A stretch of 64,000 nt of DNA from an uncultured Alphaproteobacteria bacterium (GTDB lineage Bacteria; Pseudomonadota; Alphaproteobacteria; Methylaequorales; Methylaequoraceae), in the NCBI GenBank assembly GCA_902540805.1, contig CACBON010000002.1:27322-91321 (forward strand), written 5' to 3'. The translations under genes were made by a program, and so were the position numbers. This document shows, one piece after another, positions 47,726 to 58,153 of the stretch. The notes under the pieces are model-generated. The model was not told the origin of the DNA. It was given only the letters and a program-made list of their open reading frames with translations, and did not search any database. Position 1 is the stretch's first letter; each line of letters begins with the position of its first letter.

Positions 47726-47824
47726 TTTAATATCAGATAAATTAGTTAAGATTAATCTTATTTTATATTATTTTTAAAAGGTTATAAATCTTTATCTGAC
47801 CTTTTCTTTAAAGCAATAAAAAGG

Positions 47825-48547
47825 CTAATTAGGAATATTTTTTTTTTTTTCTTTAATTGAAGAAGTTTCGATTTCTTCTACCCTTTTTAAGTCAGCGGCA
47901 TTTTCAATCTTTGTATCATGAGTAACACCATCAGAATCGTTATTAGTTCTTTTGGTTTTATCGATTTTTCCAGAGATTTTGTCTTCAGTTTGAATTTTTG
48001 ATATATTCTTATCATCTGCCTGATTGTCATCAATGGTCTTTGTTGACTCATTTGTTTTTTTAACTAGAGCATCTAAATCATTTTTTTGTTTCTTTGCGTT
48101 TTCTTCTGATGTTGCTACATTAATCTTTAGATTACAACCTACATCCGAGTGTAACTTTATATTTAAATCGTATATTCCAATTTTTTTTATAGATGAATGT
48201 AAATTAATATTTGAAGGTTTAATGCTAATCTTTTTTTCATTGAAGTAATTTGCAATATCTTTTGGTGAAACGGATCCATAGAGTTGTCCATTGTCACTAG
48301 CATTTCTAATAAAAATAATTTCTTTTTTCTCAATCTTTTTTAAAGTGAGTTTAGACTCTTCTATTATTTTTTTATTTTTTTCGAGCAAATCATTTTTTAT
48401 TTTTAAAAATTTATCTTTGTTCTCTTTATTAGCTCTTAGAGCCTTTTTTTGGGGAATTAAATAATTACGAGCAAATCCGTTCTTTACTTTAACAATATCT
48501 CCAATTTGACCTAGCCTATCGAATGATTCCAATAAAATTACTTCCAT
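47825..48547 (-). CDS. rplI: 50S ribosomal protein L9 with long low-complexity C-terminal extension
   Basis: N-terminal MEVILLESFDRLGQIGDIVKVKNGFARNYLIPQKKA. Total 240 aa versus about 150 aa typical. Confidence 0.75.
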   Translation of the reverse strand: MEVILLESFDRLGQIGDIVKVKNGFARNYLIPQKKALRANKENKDKFLKIKNDLLEKNKKIIEESKLTLKKIEKKEIIFIRNASDNGQLYGSVSPKDIANYFNEKKISIKPSNINLHSSIKKIGIYDLNIKLHSDVGCNLKINVATSEENAKKQKNDLDALVKKTNESTKTIDDNQADDKNISKIQTEDKISGKIDKTKRTNNDSDGVTHDTKIENAADLKRVEEIETSSIKEKKKNIPN

Positions 48548-48549
48548 AA

Positions 48550-49494
48550 TTATCTCTTTTTATTCCTTTTTTTACTTATGTTTTCAAATAAACCAATAAA
48601 CAACAATATAAGAAGAAGAACATACCCTAAAAAAAACAAAAGTAAAAACATAATTATAAATTTTATGAAAGTATTAATTTTAATTTTTTTAAAATAATTG
48701 TTAAACGAAATATATCCCTCTAAAAGAAAACAAAATGACATGCAAATTAAAGTATTAATACTTAAAACAAAAATTTTGGAATTTGGGTTCTGTGTTAAAA
48801 CAAGAATTAGCATCATTAAATAAATAAATGAAAACCATAATGGAGTTGTAAAATCCGTTAAATTAACATTGGTTAATTGTCTTATCTCAAATTTTTTCAA
48901 AATAAATTTCGATAAAATTAGATTCAAACTGAATGTTGTAAAAAAAATCAAAGAATTAACCGATGGCAAAATTATCATTATAATTTTGATAATTCTATCC
49001 ATATCATTATCTTTCTGTATTCCGTAACTTGAAATAATTTGATCTATCGATTTTTGTATAAAAGAACGTAATTTCTCATATTCTAAATCATTAAAAAATA
49101 ATATGTAAAAGATAGCAAAAATAAATAAAAAAAAAATGAGTATTCCTGATAAAAAATTAGAACTATCAAGGTTTATTTTTTTCGAAAAATGATAAGATCC
49201 TAAAAAGGATAGTGTCACAAATGAAATTATAAAATGAAAAATAATCAGTTGTTTGGAAAAAAAATTCTCATCAAAAAAATTAAAAAAAATCAAAGTTATT
49301 AAAGCCAAAGCACATGATTTTAAAAAATCTGAATATTTGATGGCTAGTCCAATAATCAAAAAAGGTAAAGGATTAAAAATTGAATAAACTTGTGGAGAGA
49401 CTTTAAAAAATAGAAGTTGAAAGACCAATATAAAAAGTGTCGAATAAAAAATTATGAATGATCTTTGTTTTTTTGATTGTAACGAATCCATCAA
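48550..49494 (-). CDS. polytopic membrane protein (conserved rpsR-rplI intervening gene)
   Basis: Multiple TM helices. Same position as the DUF2232-type gene in alphaproteobacterial rpsF-rpsR-rplI clusters. Confidence 0.35.
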   Translation of the reverse strand: MMDSLQSKKQRSFIIFYSTLFILVFQLLFFKVSPQVYSIFNPLPFLIIGLAIKYSDFLKSCALALITLIFFNFFDENFFSKQLIIFHFIISFVTLSFLGSYHFSKKINLDSSNFLSGILIFFLFIFAIFYILFFNDLEYEKLRSFIQKSIDQIISSYGIQKDNDMDRIIKIIMIILPSVNSLIFFTTFSLNLILSKFILKKFEIRQLTNVNLTDFTTPLWFSFIYLMMLILVLTQNPNSKIFVLSINTLICMSFCFLLEGYISFNNYFKKIKINTFIKFIIMFLLLFFLGYVLLLILLFIGLFENISKKRNKKR

Positions 49495-49736
49495 CTAGAT
49501 ACATATGGAAGTAACGCTAAGTATCTTGCTCTTTTTATCGCTGCAGATAATTGTTTTTGTTTTTTTGTTGATACTTGTGTAACTCTGCTTGGTAAAATTT
49601 TTCCCTTTTCAGTTACATATTTTCTTAAAAGGTTTAAATTTTTATAATCAACAGAGGGTGCATCTTTTCCTGATAATGGACAGGTTTTTGAAAAAACTAT
49701 TTTGGATGACGTGTTGTCAAAGACTTTATTTCTCAC
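49491..49736 (-). CDS. rpsR: 30S ribosomal protein S18
   Basis: The C-terminal ...[13 protein letters not shown] is the S18 signature. Confidence 0.75.
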   Translation of the reverse strand: MRNKVFDNTSSKIVFSKTCPLSGKDAPSVDYKNLNLLRKYVTEKGKILPSRVTQVSTKKQKQLSAAIKRARYLALLPYVSS

Positions 49737-49744
49737 GTTAACCT

Positions 49745-50071
49745 TTAACTTTCTTTACTTTCTACAAGAAGCGATGGTTCTTTTCCAACTTCTTTAATTT
49801 TAATTGTCATTAAACGCAAAAAACTCAGATCTTGTTTAACTTTAATGTTTAAAGATTCAAAAACTTTTGGGTTACATTGGCAATTAATCATGAAATAATA
49901 TCCTTTAGAATTTTTCTTTATTTTGTATGCAAGATCTCTTAAACCCCAGGCTTCCTCTTTTAAAATCTCTCCTCCAGTTTGCTTAATTTCATCTAGACAT
50001 TCTTTAAATTTGTCATCAGCAGATTTCTTTGATAATTGCCCACTGAATATAAAAACATTTTCATACAACAT
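49745..50071 (-). CDS. rpsF: 30S ribosomal protein S6
   Basis: Size and position upstream of rpsR. N-terminal YE(N/I)VFI pattern. Confidence 0.6.
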   Translation of the reverse strand: MLYENVFIFSGQLSKKSADDKFKECLDEIKQTGGEILKEEAWGLRDLAYKIKKNSKGYYFMINCQCNPKVFESLNIKVKQDLSFLRLMTIKIKEVGKEPSLLVESKES

Positions 50072-50183
50072 AATGCTACCTTATGGGTAAACTTTGTTAG
50101 TTTAGCTATTAAATAATTAATTAAATAGCAAGGTTAAATCATTGTGTATATAACAATATTATAAATTTTTAATCAACAAAAAA

Positions 50184-51146
50184 ATGCTGAATAAAATTAT
50201 TGTAGTTTTTCCTGGTCAAGGTTCTCAAATCGTTGGAATGGGAAGAGACTTATTTAAAAATCATCATATAGCTAAACAAGTTTTCGATGAAGTTGATAAT
50301 ACATTAAATCAAAAACTTTCAAAAATCATTTTCGATGGTCCTGAAAACGAACTAACTCTTACTAAAAATACTCAACCTGCTATTATGTCAGTAAGTATGG
50401 CGTTAGTAAGAGTAATCGAATATGAATCAAAAAAAAAAATTTTTGAATTTGCAGATACAATTTTGGGCCATTCATTGGGAGAATATTCAGCACTTTGTAG
50501 CTTAAATGCTCTCAGTTTAAAAGATACAACTCTGCTTTTGAAAAAAAGAGGAAAAGCTATGCAAGATTCAGTTAAAAATTTGAAAACTAAGATGGTTGCA
50601 GTAATTGGGCTAGATATTAATAAAGTTGAAAAAATTATTGAAGAAAACATTATTGATAAATCAGAAATATGTGAAATTGCAAATGATAACTGTCCTGGTC
50701 AAGTAATTTTATCTGGGACAGAGAAGGGGGTAATCTTTATGTCTAACATTCTGAAAGATAATGGTGCTAGAAGTATTATAGATCTCAAAGTAAGTGCTCC
50801 ATTTCATTGTAGTCTGATGAATAAAGCATCAGATGTGATGAAAGATTGTTTGCATGAAATTTCATTAAAGGAGTTAAAGTCTAATTTTATAAGCAATGTA
50901 ACAGCTAATTTTGAAAAAAATTCTGAAAAAATCAAAGAATTGTTAATTAAACAAGTTTCAAGTAGAGTCAGGTGGAGAGAAAGTATTATTAAATCAACAA
51001 AAAAAACAAACACTATAGTTGAAATAGGACCAGGAAAAATACTAAGTGGAATGAGTAAAAGAATTAATAGAGATTACAACTTATTTAGTGTATCAAATTT
51101 AGATGAGGTTGAAAAATTTCTGAAACAGTTTGAGGAAATTTTATGA
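50184..51146 (+). CDS. fabD: malonyl-CoA:ACP transacylase
   Basis: GHSLGEYSAL active-site motif. Position in the fab cluster. Confidence 0.8.
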   Translation: MLNKIIVVFPGQGSQIVGMGRDLFKNHHIAKQVFDEVDNTLNQKLSKIIFDGPENELTLTKNTQPAIMSVSMALVRVIEYESKKKIFEFADTILGHSLGEYSALCSLNALSLKDTTLLLKKRGKAMQDSVKNLKTKMVAVIGLDINKVEKIIEENIIDKSEICEIANDNCPGQVILSGTEKGVIFMSNILKDNGARSIIDLKVSAPFHCSLMNKASDVMKDCLHEISLKELKSNFISNVTANFEKNSEKIKELLIKQVSSRVRWRESIIKSTKKTNTIVEIGPGKILSGMSKRINRDYNLFSVSNLDEVEKFLKQFEEIL

Positions 51147-51862
51147 AAAAAATTCTTATTACAGGAGCCAACGGTGGTATTGGAGAAGCAGTTTGTAATT
51201 TGTTAGGGGATAGATACGAAATTTTTGTATTGGGTAGAAATGAATCTAAAATAAAAGAACTTTGTAAAAAATATAAGTTTATTAAGGGAAGTTTTATTTG
51301 CGACTTAAAAAACGAAAATCAAATAACTGAAATAATTAAAGAAATCAATACAAATTCTATTGATTTTGATATTTTGATAAATAATGCTGGAATTACAAAT
51401 GACGCCTTATTTTTAAGAATGGATTTAGAAAAATGGCAGAGGGTAATCGATACAAATTTAAAAGCTAATTTTTTACTTACAAATGCGTTATCAAAAATTA
51501 TGATTAAAAAAAAATGGGGACGTATTATAAATATTACGTCAGTCGTAGGTCATACTGGAAACTTTGGTCAATCAAATTATAGTGCTTCAAAAGCAGGAAT
51601 AGTAGGTATGTCAAAATCTATAGCACTAGAATTAGCAAAGAGGAACATCACTGTGAACTGTATAGCACCTGGATTCATTGAAACGTCAATGACAGCTATT
51701 CTGTCTGAATCTCAGCGAAAATCTTTAATTGAAAAAATACCGATGGGGAAAATTGGGTCACCTTTAGATGTAGCAAATTGCGTTGAATTTTTAGTATCTG
51801 AAAAATCAGAATACGTCACAGGACAAACATTTCATGTCAATGGTGGATTGGCAATGTTATAA
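51143..51862 (+). CDS. fabG: 3-oxoacyl-ACP reductase
   Basis: SDR with TGANGGIG motif and YSASK catalytic residues. Located between fabD and acpP. Confidence 0.8.
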   Translation: MKKILITGANGGIGEAVCNLLGDRYEIFVLGRNESKIKELCKKYKFIKGSFICDLKNENQITEIIKEINTNSIDFDILINNAGITNDALFLRMDLEKWQRVIDTNLKANFLLTNALSKIMIKKKWGRIINITSVVGHTGNFGQSNYSASKAGIVGMSKSIALELAKRNITVNCIAPGFIETSMTAILSESQRKSLIEKIPMGKIGSPLDVANCVEFLVSEKSEYVTGQTFHVNGGLAML

Positions 51863-51919
51863 TATATTTGATTTAAAAAAAACATTTATTAATATATGAT
51901 TGAACTTTAATTAAAAGGG

Positions 51920-52162
51920 ATGTTTATGAGTGATATAACAGAAAGAGTTAAAAAAATAGTAGTGGAGCATTTAGGAGTTGAAAAAAATAAAGTGATCGAA
52001 AGTGCGAGTTTTGTTGATGATCTAGGAGCAGATAGCTTGGATACAGTTGAACTAGTAATGGCTTTCGAAGAAGAGTTTAATATCGAGATACCAGACGATA
52101 TAGCAGAGAAAATAACTACAATAAAAGAAGCAATAGAGCATATAGAAAATTCCCAAAACTAG
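51920..52162 (+). CDS. acpP: acyl carrier protein
   Basis: [20 protein letters not shown] is the phosphopantetheine attachment site. Confidence 0.9.
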   Translation: MFMSDITERVKKIVVEHLGVEKNKVIESASFVDDLGADSLDTVELVMAFEEEFNIEIPDDIAEKITTIKEAIEHIENSQN

Positions 52163-52163
52163 A

Positions 52164-53423
52164 ATGAGAAGGGTGGTGGTTACAGGAATTGGAATGTGTA
52201 CTCCACTTGGGTTTGGTTACAACCACTGCTGGCAACAACTCATTTCTTCAAAATCTGGTATTAGGAAACTTTCTGGCTTTGAAATTGCTGACCTAAAATC
52301 TAAAGTTGGTGGTCAATTAATTTTAGAGGGAGACTCTTCTCTTTTTCCAGAACAAGTCATTGACCAAAAAAATAGAAAGAAGATTGAACCATTTATTGAA
52401 TACGCACTAATAGCAGCAAAAGAAGCAATTTTGGATTCTGGATGGAATCCAGCTAATGAAATTGAATCAATGAGAACGGGGGTAATGGTTGGTTCAGGTA
52501 TTGGTGGGCTCGATGGTATCAGAAAAAGTGCTGAAAACTTAAAAAATAGCCCAAGAAAAATTTCCCCCTTCTTTATTCCCTCCTGTCTTATAAATTTAGC
52601 AAGTGGACACATTTCAATTAAATATAATTTCAAAGGACCAAATCATTCAGTGGTAACTGCGTGTGCTTCCGGAGCACATGCTATAGGTGACTCATTTAGA
52701 ATAATATCTCAGGGAGATGCAGATGTTATGATTTCAGGCGGAACCGAATCAGCATGTACAAGGTTTGGTATTGCAGGATTTTGTGCAATGAGAGCTCTTT
52801 CAACAGGTTTTAATGATTTTCCTGAAAAGGCGTCAAGACCGTGGGATAAAAATAGAGACGGATTTGTACTTTCTGAGGGATCAGGAATGATTGTTCTTGA
52901 AGAACTTGAACACGCAAAAAAAAGATCTGCGAATATATATGCTGAAATTATAGGTTATGGTTTATCTGGCGATGCTTATCACCCTACAGCGCCCGCATCA
53001 GACGGGGATGGTGGGTTTAGGGCAATGAAAATGGCTTTAAAAAATGCTCATCTTGACTCTGAAGATATTGATTATATAAATGCACATGGTACATCTACTC
53101 CACTAGGTGATGAGATTGAATTTAATTCTGTAAAAAAACTATTTGTAGACAATACTGATAATTTATTAATGTCATCTACAAAATCCTCTACAGGTCATCT
53201 CCTTGGCGCATCGGGAGCCGTTGAAGCAATATTTTCCATATTATCAATCAAGGATGGTGTTGCCCCTCCAACTTTAAATCTGGAGGAATTATCGGATGGT
53301 TGCGTTGGAATTAATTTAGTCCCCAAAGAAAGTATTGATAAAGAAATAAATCATGTTTTATCCAATTCGTTTGGATTTGGAGGAACAAATGTATCTTTAA
53401 TTTTCAAAAAAATTAATAAGTGA
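52164..53423 (+). CDS. fabF: 3-oxoacyl-ACP synthase II
   Basis: KAS II family. Active-site Cys (TACASG) and His motifs (NAHGTST, GHLLGASG). Confidence 0.85.
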   Translation: MRRVVVTGIGMCTPLGFGYNHCWQQLISSKSGIRKLSGFEIADLKSKVGGQLILEGDSSLFPEQVIDQKNRKKIEPFIEYALIAAKEAILDSGWNPANEIESMRTGVMVGSGIGGLDGIRKSAENLKNSPRKISPFFIPSCLINLASGHISIKYNFKGPNHSVVTACASGAHAIGDSFRIISQGDADVMISGGTESACTRFGIAGFCAMRALSTGFNDFPEKASRPWDKNRDGFVLSEGSGMIVLEELEHAKKRSANIYAEIIGYGLSGDAYHPTAPASDGDGGFRAMKMALKNAHLDSEDIDYINAHGTSTPLGDEIEFNSVKKLFVDNTDNLLMSSTKSSTGHLLGASGAVEAIFSILSIKDGVAPPTLNLEELSDGCVGINLVPKESIDKEINHVLSNSFGFGGTNVSLIFKKINK

Positions 53424-54367
53424 TTAAAAATCTTATTTTCCTTTTTATTATTCTCCTAAATTTGTTTTACTATACCTTCTTCAAGGAAGAAAATATTAAT
53501 GAAGTTAAAATAATAATCAAACCAGGGATGCAGCTAGACCAAATAGTACATTTACTTAAAGAAAATAGATTAATTAAAAATGAATCTATTTTTAAAACTT
53601 GGGTAATAATCAATAACTCTCAAAAGAAGTTAAAATTCGGAGAATATTATTTTAGCAAAAAAATATCTGCAAACATACTTTTAGAAAAATTAAAGAAGGG
53701 AAAATCTGTATATAGAAAACTTACAATAATTGAGGGCTCAAATAAAAGTGATTTATTTAAAATTTTAAATGAGTTGGATAAATATAAAAGTATAGAGTTT
53801 GACGATATTCCTAACTTTTTGGTGGCTGATACCTATTTTTATAAAGTTACTGACAATCCAAAAGTTATTTTAAACAACATAATAAAAAAAAGTAATGAGA
53901 TTTCTAAAAAAATTTGGAATCAGAGAGATCAGAAAATTCCCCTTAATAATATTAATGAGTTATTTATACTTGCCTCCATTGTCGAAAAAGAAACCTTTAT
54001 TAAAGAGGAAAAATCAATTATTTCAGGTGTTTTCTATAATAGATTTGAAAAAAATATGAAACTTCAATCGGATCCAACAGTCGTTTATGCGATAACTTTG
54101 GGGAAAAAAAAAATGGATAGGAAATTACTCAGAAAAGACCTCAAGATTAAATCAAAATTCAATACCTATGTTAATAAAGGGCTTCCACCAGAACCTATTT
54201 GTATACCAGGGATAGAATCTTTAGTTGCAACTTCGAGACCTTTCAAAAGCAATTTTTTATATTTTGTTTCTAAAAATAAGAAAAATGAAGGACATCTTTT
54301 CTCTGAGAAATATAAAGATCATTTGGAAAATATAAAGTCTGTGAAAAAAAAAGTTAATCATGAATGA
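53420..54367 (+). CDS. mltG: endolytic transglycosylase MltG (YceG family)
   Basis: N-terminal TM helix. YceG-like domain. Located downstream of fabF. Confidence 0.7.
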   Translation: MIKNLIFLFIILLNLFYYTFFKEENINEVKIIIKPGMQLDQIVHLLKENRLIKNESIFKTWVIINNSQKKLKFGEYYFSKKISANILLEKLKKGKSVYRKLTIIEGSNKSDLFKILNELDKYKSIEFDDIPNFLVADTYFYKVTDNPKVILNNIIKKSNEISKKIWNQRDQKIPLNNINELFILASIVEKETFIKEEKSIISGVFYNRFEKNMKLQSDPTVVYAITLGKKKMDRKLLRKDLKIKSKFNTYVNKGLPPEPICIPGIESLVATSRPFKSNFLYFVSKNKKNEGHLFSEKYKDHLENIKSVKKKVNHE

Positions 54368-54992
54368 AAACAAAATATCAAGGAAAGGACTAATGTTGGT
54401 TTTATCTTCCCCCTCTGGTGCGGGTAAAACGTCAATATGTAAAAAAGTAATAAGTTTGGACAAAAAAATTTCACTATCTGTATCCTACACAACCAGACCA
54501 AAAAGAAAGAGTGAAAAAGATGGTAAGGATTATTTTTTTGTTTCAAAGGAAAAATTTGAGGATCTAAAAAAAAAAAATTTTTTTATTGAATTTGCCAACG
54601 TTTTTGATCACTGGTACGGAACTCCAAAAAACTTTATAGAAAATAATCTTAATAATGGTGAAGATGTTATTTTTGATATTGATTGGCAGGGAGCTCAGAA
54701 ACTCTCTGATTTTTCAAAAAATGACGTTGTATCTGTTTTTATTTTACCACCTAGTAATAAGGAACTTCATGAGAGACTAAAAAAGAGAGCAGAAGACAGT
54801 GTTGAAATCGTTAGTAAAAGAATGAGTAAGGCTAGATCAGAAATAAGTCATTGGATAGAATATGATTATGTATTAATAAATCACAATCTGAAAGATTGCT
54901 CAATTGAGGTTCTAAATATTCTTAACGCTGAAAGAAAAAAAAGAAACAGACAAAAATTTATATATGATTTTATTGCCAAATTGTTAGATTAA
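54360..54992 (+). CDS. gmk: guanylate kinase
   Basis: P-loop SSPSGAGKTS. About 210 aa. Confidence 0.8.
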   Translation: MNENKISRKGLMLVLSSPSGAGKTSICKKVISLDKKISLSVSYTTRPKRKSEKDGKDYFFVSKEKFEDLKKKNFFIEFANVFDHWYGTPKNFIENNLNNGEDVIFDIDWQGAQKLSDFSKNDVVSVFILPPSNKELHERLKKRAEDSVEIVSKRMSKARSEISHWIEYDYVLINHNLKDCSIEVLNILNAERKKRNRQKFIYDFIAKLLD

Positions 54993-55754
54993 TACTTTTG
55001 AAAGTTTTACAAAATCTATTGGTTTCAAATCCTGCGGTCTTGAGTTTGGGTCAATGCCGCATTTTAAAATTTTTTTTTCAGCATCAATGAAGAATGTTTT
55101 TAAATTATTTTTGATTGTTTTTCTTCTTTGTCTGAATGAAATTTTAAGAACATTATCTAATCTATCATAATGAATTTTTCTTTTCCTATATGGCATGATC
55201 TTTATTACTGTAGATTCAACTTTTGGTCTTGGGTTAAAATTATAAGGTTCTACATCAAATACTTTTTCTACCTCTGCGTGAAGCTGTACTAATACTGATA
55301 ATCTGCTATAAAATGACGTTGAAACTCTTGCACTTAATCTTTCGGCAACTTCTTTTTGGACCATCAATACCATCGATTCTATTATATCATAGTTTTTTAT
55401 TAATTTTATTATCAAAGTGCTTGCAATATTATAAGGAAGATTAGATATAATTTTAATTTTACTATAATTAAAATGTTTTAAATTAATGTTTAGAACATCA
55501 TCATCTATAAGAGAAATTATATCTTTAAATTTTTCCTGAAGTTTAAACAAGTATGTTTTGAGATTCTTATCCTTTTCTATGAGAATCAGCCTTTTTGGCT
55601 TATTTTGAAGTATTTCTTTTGTTAGTGCACCTCGACCTGGTCCTATTTCAAAAATAACCTTGTCTTTTATATCATCTAAAGAAACTATTTTTTTTAAAAT
55701 TGATTTGTTTATTAAGAAATGCTGACCTAAGCTCTTCTTAAAAAAATGTTGCAT
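54984..55754 (-). CDS. rsmA: 16S rRNA (adenine1518/1519-N6)-dimethyltransferase
   Basis: SAM motif GPGRGALT. pdxA-rsmA synteny. Confidence 0.8.
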   Translation of the reverse strand: MQHFFKKSLGQHFLINKSILKKIVSLDDIKDKVIFEIGPGRGALTKEILQNKPKRLILIEKDKNLKTYLFKLQEKFKDIISLIDDDVLNINLKHFNYSKIKIISNLPYNIASTLIIKLIKNYDIIESMVLMVQKEVAERLSARVSTSFYSRLSVLVQLHAEVEKVFDVEPYNFNPRPKVESTVIKIMPYRKRKIHYDRLDNVLKISFRQRRKTIKNNLKTFFIDAEKKILKCGIDPNSRPQDLKPIDFVKLSKVLI

Positions 55755-56777
55755 TTAAAATCTTTTTCTTAAGAAATTAAATGATGCTATTAAACTCTCA
55801 GGATTAGCAATATTTCTTTTAGCTATATCAAAGGCCGGACCGTGGTCTGGAGAGACTCTAAGAAAAGGAAGTCCACCAGTTATATTTATTGAATGATTGA
55901 AATCTAATGTTTTGACTGGAATTAAACCTTGATCATGATAGAAGCAAAGAATGCCGTCAAATTGTTCTCTTTTAGATTTATGAAAACAAGAGTCACTGCT
56001 AAGCGGTCCAAAAATTTTAATTTTGTTTTTAATGCATCTATTAAGCAGAGGTTTTATAATTTCTATTTCTTCACTTCCAATAAGACCCTCTTCACCTGCA
56101 TGAGGATTTAGACTAGTTATTGCAATTTTTGGTGATTTAATTTTCCAAATTGTGGTTAAAGAGTTTCTAAAAGCAATAATTTTTTCATAAATAATATTCT
56201 GATTTATAAATTTGTGAATTTTTTTGAGTGGTATGTGAGTAGTTATTAAACCTACAATTAGATTTTTCCCTTTATCAGAGGGCTTTGTGGTAGATAAAAT
56301 CATTATTTCAGAATATTTTTTTTTATTTTTTTTGGATGCTAAGTAAGATAAATATTCAGTCTGCCCATTAAAATTGAATTTTGCTTTTTTTAGTGTTGTC
56401 TTACATACCGGAAGTGTAAGTATTCCTGATGATTTTCTCTTACACACAAACTCAAAAGCTTCTGTGATAGACTTTAAAACATATTTACTATTTTTGGCGT
56501 TAGGTTTTCCTGGATAGAAATCTATATTTGCTTTAAGATCAATAACTGGGATTGATCTCGAAAAAATGTGATTTATGTCATTATCATTATTTATAGCTTG
56601 AAAATTAGCTTTTAAATTAAATAGGCTATTAACTTGATTTAACTTTTTTAAATCGTCAACCAAAATGAAAGGTGGAATTTTATATAAATTTCTCTTCAAC
56701 CATACTTTGATTATTATTTCAGATGAAATACCAGAAGGTTCTCCCATGCTGACAATTATAGGTTTGCATGATTTCAT
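55755..56777 (-). CDS. pdxA: 4-hydroxythreonine-4-phosphate dehydrogenase
   Basis: PdxA family. C-terminal SPDHGPAFDIA motif. Confidence 0.75.
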   Translation of the reverse strand: MKSCKPIIVSMGEPSGISSEIIIKVWLKRNLYKIPPFILVDDLKKLNQVNSLFNLKANFQAINNDNDINHIFSRSIPVIDLKANIDFYPGKPNAKNSKYVLKSITEAFEFVCKRKSSGILTLPVCKTTLKKAKFNFNGQTEYLSYLASKKNKKKYSEIMILSTTKPSDKGKNLIVGLITTHIPLKKIHKFINQNIIYEKIIAFRNSLTTIWKIKSPKIAITSLNPHAGEEGLIGSEEIEIIKPLLNRCIKNKIKIFGPLSSDSCFHKSKREQFDGILCFYHDQGLIPVKTLDFNHSINITGGLPFLRVSPDHGPAFDIAKRNIANPESLIASFNFLRKRF

Positions 56778-58153
56778 TTATTAAAAAACTTAATGTTTGT
56801 ACTTTTTCTAATATTTGATAAGTAAGTATTAGTCAGTTGGTTAAATTTTTTGGAGAAGGCTTGTCTTTCTATTGCTTCTCTGGAAATATTGTTTGATCTA
56901 GAAATTTTTTTTTCACATACGTATAGTAAATTATGTTCTCCATCAAAATCAAAAACTTCAGTAAAACTTTTCTCTTCTGAAATATCTAATTTTTCAAGAA
57001 ATAAATTTGATATATCTTTTGAAGCCATGTCTTTTATTTTTAATAATTTAACTCCTTCTCCAATTTCTGACTCTTTTATATTGTCACAACTTATATTTTT
57101 TTTATACATTTTTTGAATCTGGTTTTTATCAAATGAGGAAAACTTTAAGAAAGAAAACTTTATTTGATCACTTCCAAACCTTCTTTTTTGATTGAGTTTT
57201 AAAATTTTAAATCCATTACTTATTTTTATATTAGTTTTTATATCACCTGGATTCATATTATAAAGAATCTCTTTTGTTTCAGAATCGAGACTGTCTTCAA
57301 ATATCCATCCAGTTTTAAGTCTATTTCCTTGTGGATTAAGATCACTAAATTTATTCGCTAAAAGCTCAAAAGAGGTTCCTGAGTCGAGAAGCGAAATAAC
57401 AGTTTCCATTTTCTTCTTTGATGATTCCCAATTATTTAGTTCTTGGTTAAGAAAGATTATTTCAGAAAAATTAAATTCAATTTTACCAACTTTATTTTTG
57501 TAATTATTAAGTATTGCGTCTATATCTGCTGAATTAATAGTAATTTTTGTTGCAAACATTTGCTGAGAGAGTTTTTTCCATAATAACTCATTTTTTAGTT
57601 GCTCTACCACTATCTCAGCATCTATGTTTTCACTTTCTAAAAATAATTGAAAATCTTCAAATTCTTCTACTGGAAAGTTATAGATTGCCGCAGCGAGTTC
57701 AACTATTTCATCTTTACCAGCAGTAATTTCAGCTTTTTTGGCTTCAATTTTCTTTAGTTTCTCTATTATTAATAATTCGAGTACACGGTCCCTTACTGAA
57801 TCTCTGTTTCTAATATTATCTTCAAGTTTCAGTGATTTAAGAACAAGCTTTATTCTCTCAGATAGGTCATATGTTGTTATTGCTTCAGAATCAACAGATG
57901 CTATTATTCCCTCAAACTTTTGTTCAGCTAAAGTTATTTTAAACAAGAAAAGTAAGATTAGAAATATAAAAGAATTAAATATCGTTCTCCATAATTTCTT
58001 TAAGCGAGAAAAGAAACTGGAAACTGTTTGATGTCGGGTTTTCTGGCATATGAGTGTATTGTCTTGACCAATTGAATGAAAATCCAAGACATTCGTCTTC
58101 GTATTTAATTTTTGCATTGATACCATGAAATTTAATTTTATTTTTTTTATCAA
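56774..58153 (-). CDS. surA: SurA-like periplasmic chaperone (true start uncertain; the track ORF overlaps the lptD 3' end by about 180 nt)
   Basis: Position between lptD and pdxA. Signal-peptide-like stretch LWRTIFNSFIFLILLFLF. SurA N-terminal-domain-like sequence. Confidence 0.5.
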   Translation of the reverse strand: MIKKIKLNFMVSMQKLNTKTNVLDFHSIGQDNTLICQKTRHQTVSSFFSRLKKLWRTIFNSFIFLILLFLFKITLAEQKFEGIIASVDSEAITTYDLSERIKLVLKSLKLEDNIRNRDSVRDRVLELLIIEKLKKIEAKKAEITAGKDEIVELAAAIYNFPVEEFEDFQLFLESENIDAEIVVEQLKNELLWKKLSQQMFATKITINSADIDAILNNYKNKVGKIEFNFSEIIFLNQELNNWESSKKKMETVISLLDSGTSFELLANKFSDLNPQGNRLKTGWIFEDSLDSETKEILYNMNPGDIKTNIKISNGFKILKLNQKRRFGSDQIKFSFLKFSSFDKNQIQKMYKKNISCDNIKESEIGEGVKLLKIKDMASKDISNLFLEKLDISEEKSFTEVFDFDGEHNLLYVCEKKISRSNNISREAIERQAFSKKFNQLTNTYLSNIRKSTNIKFFNK

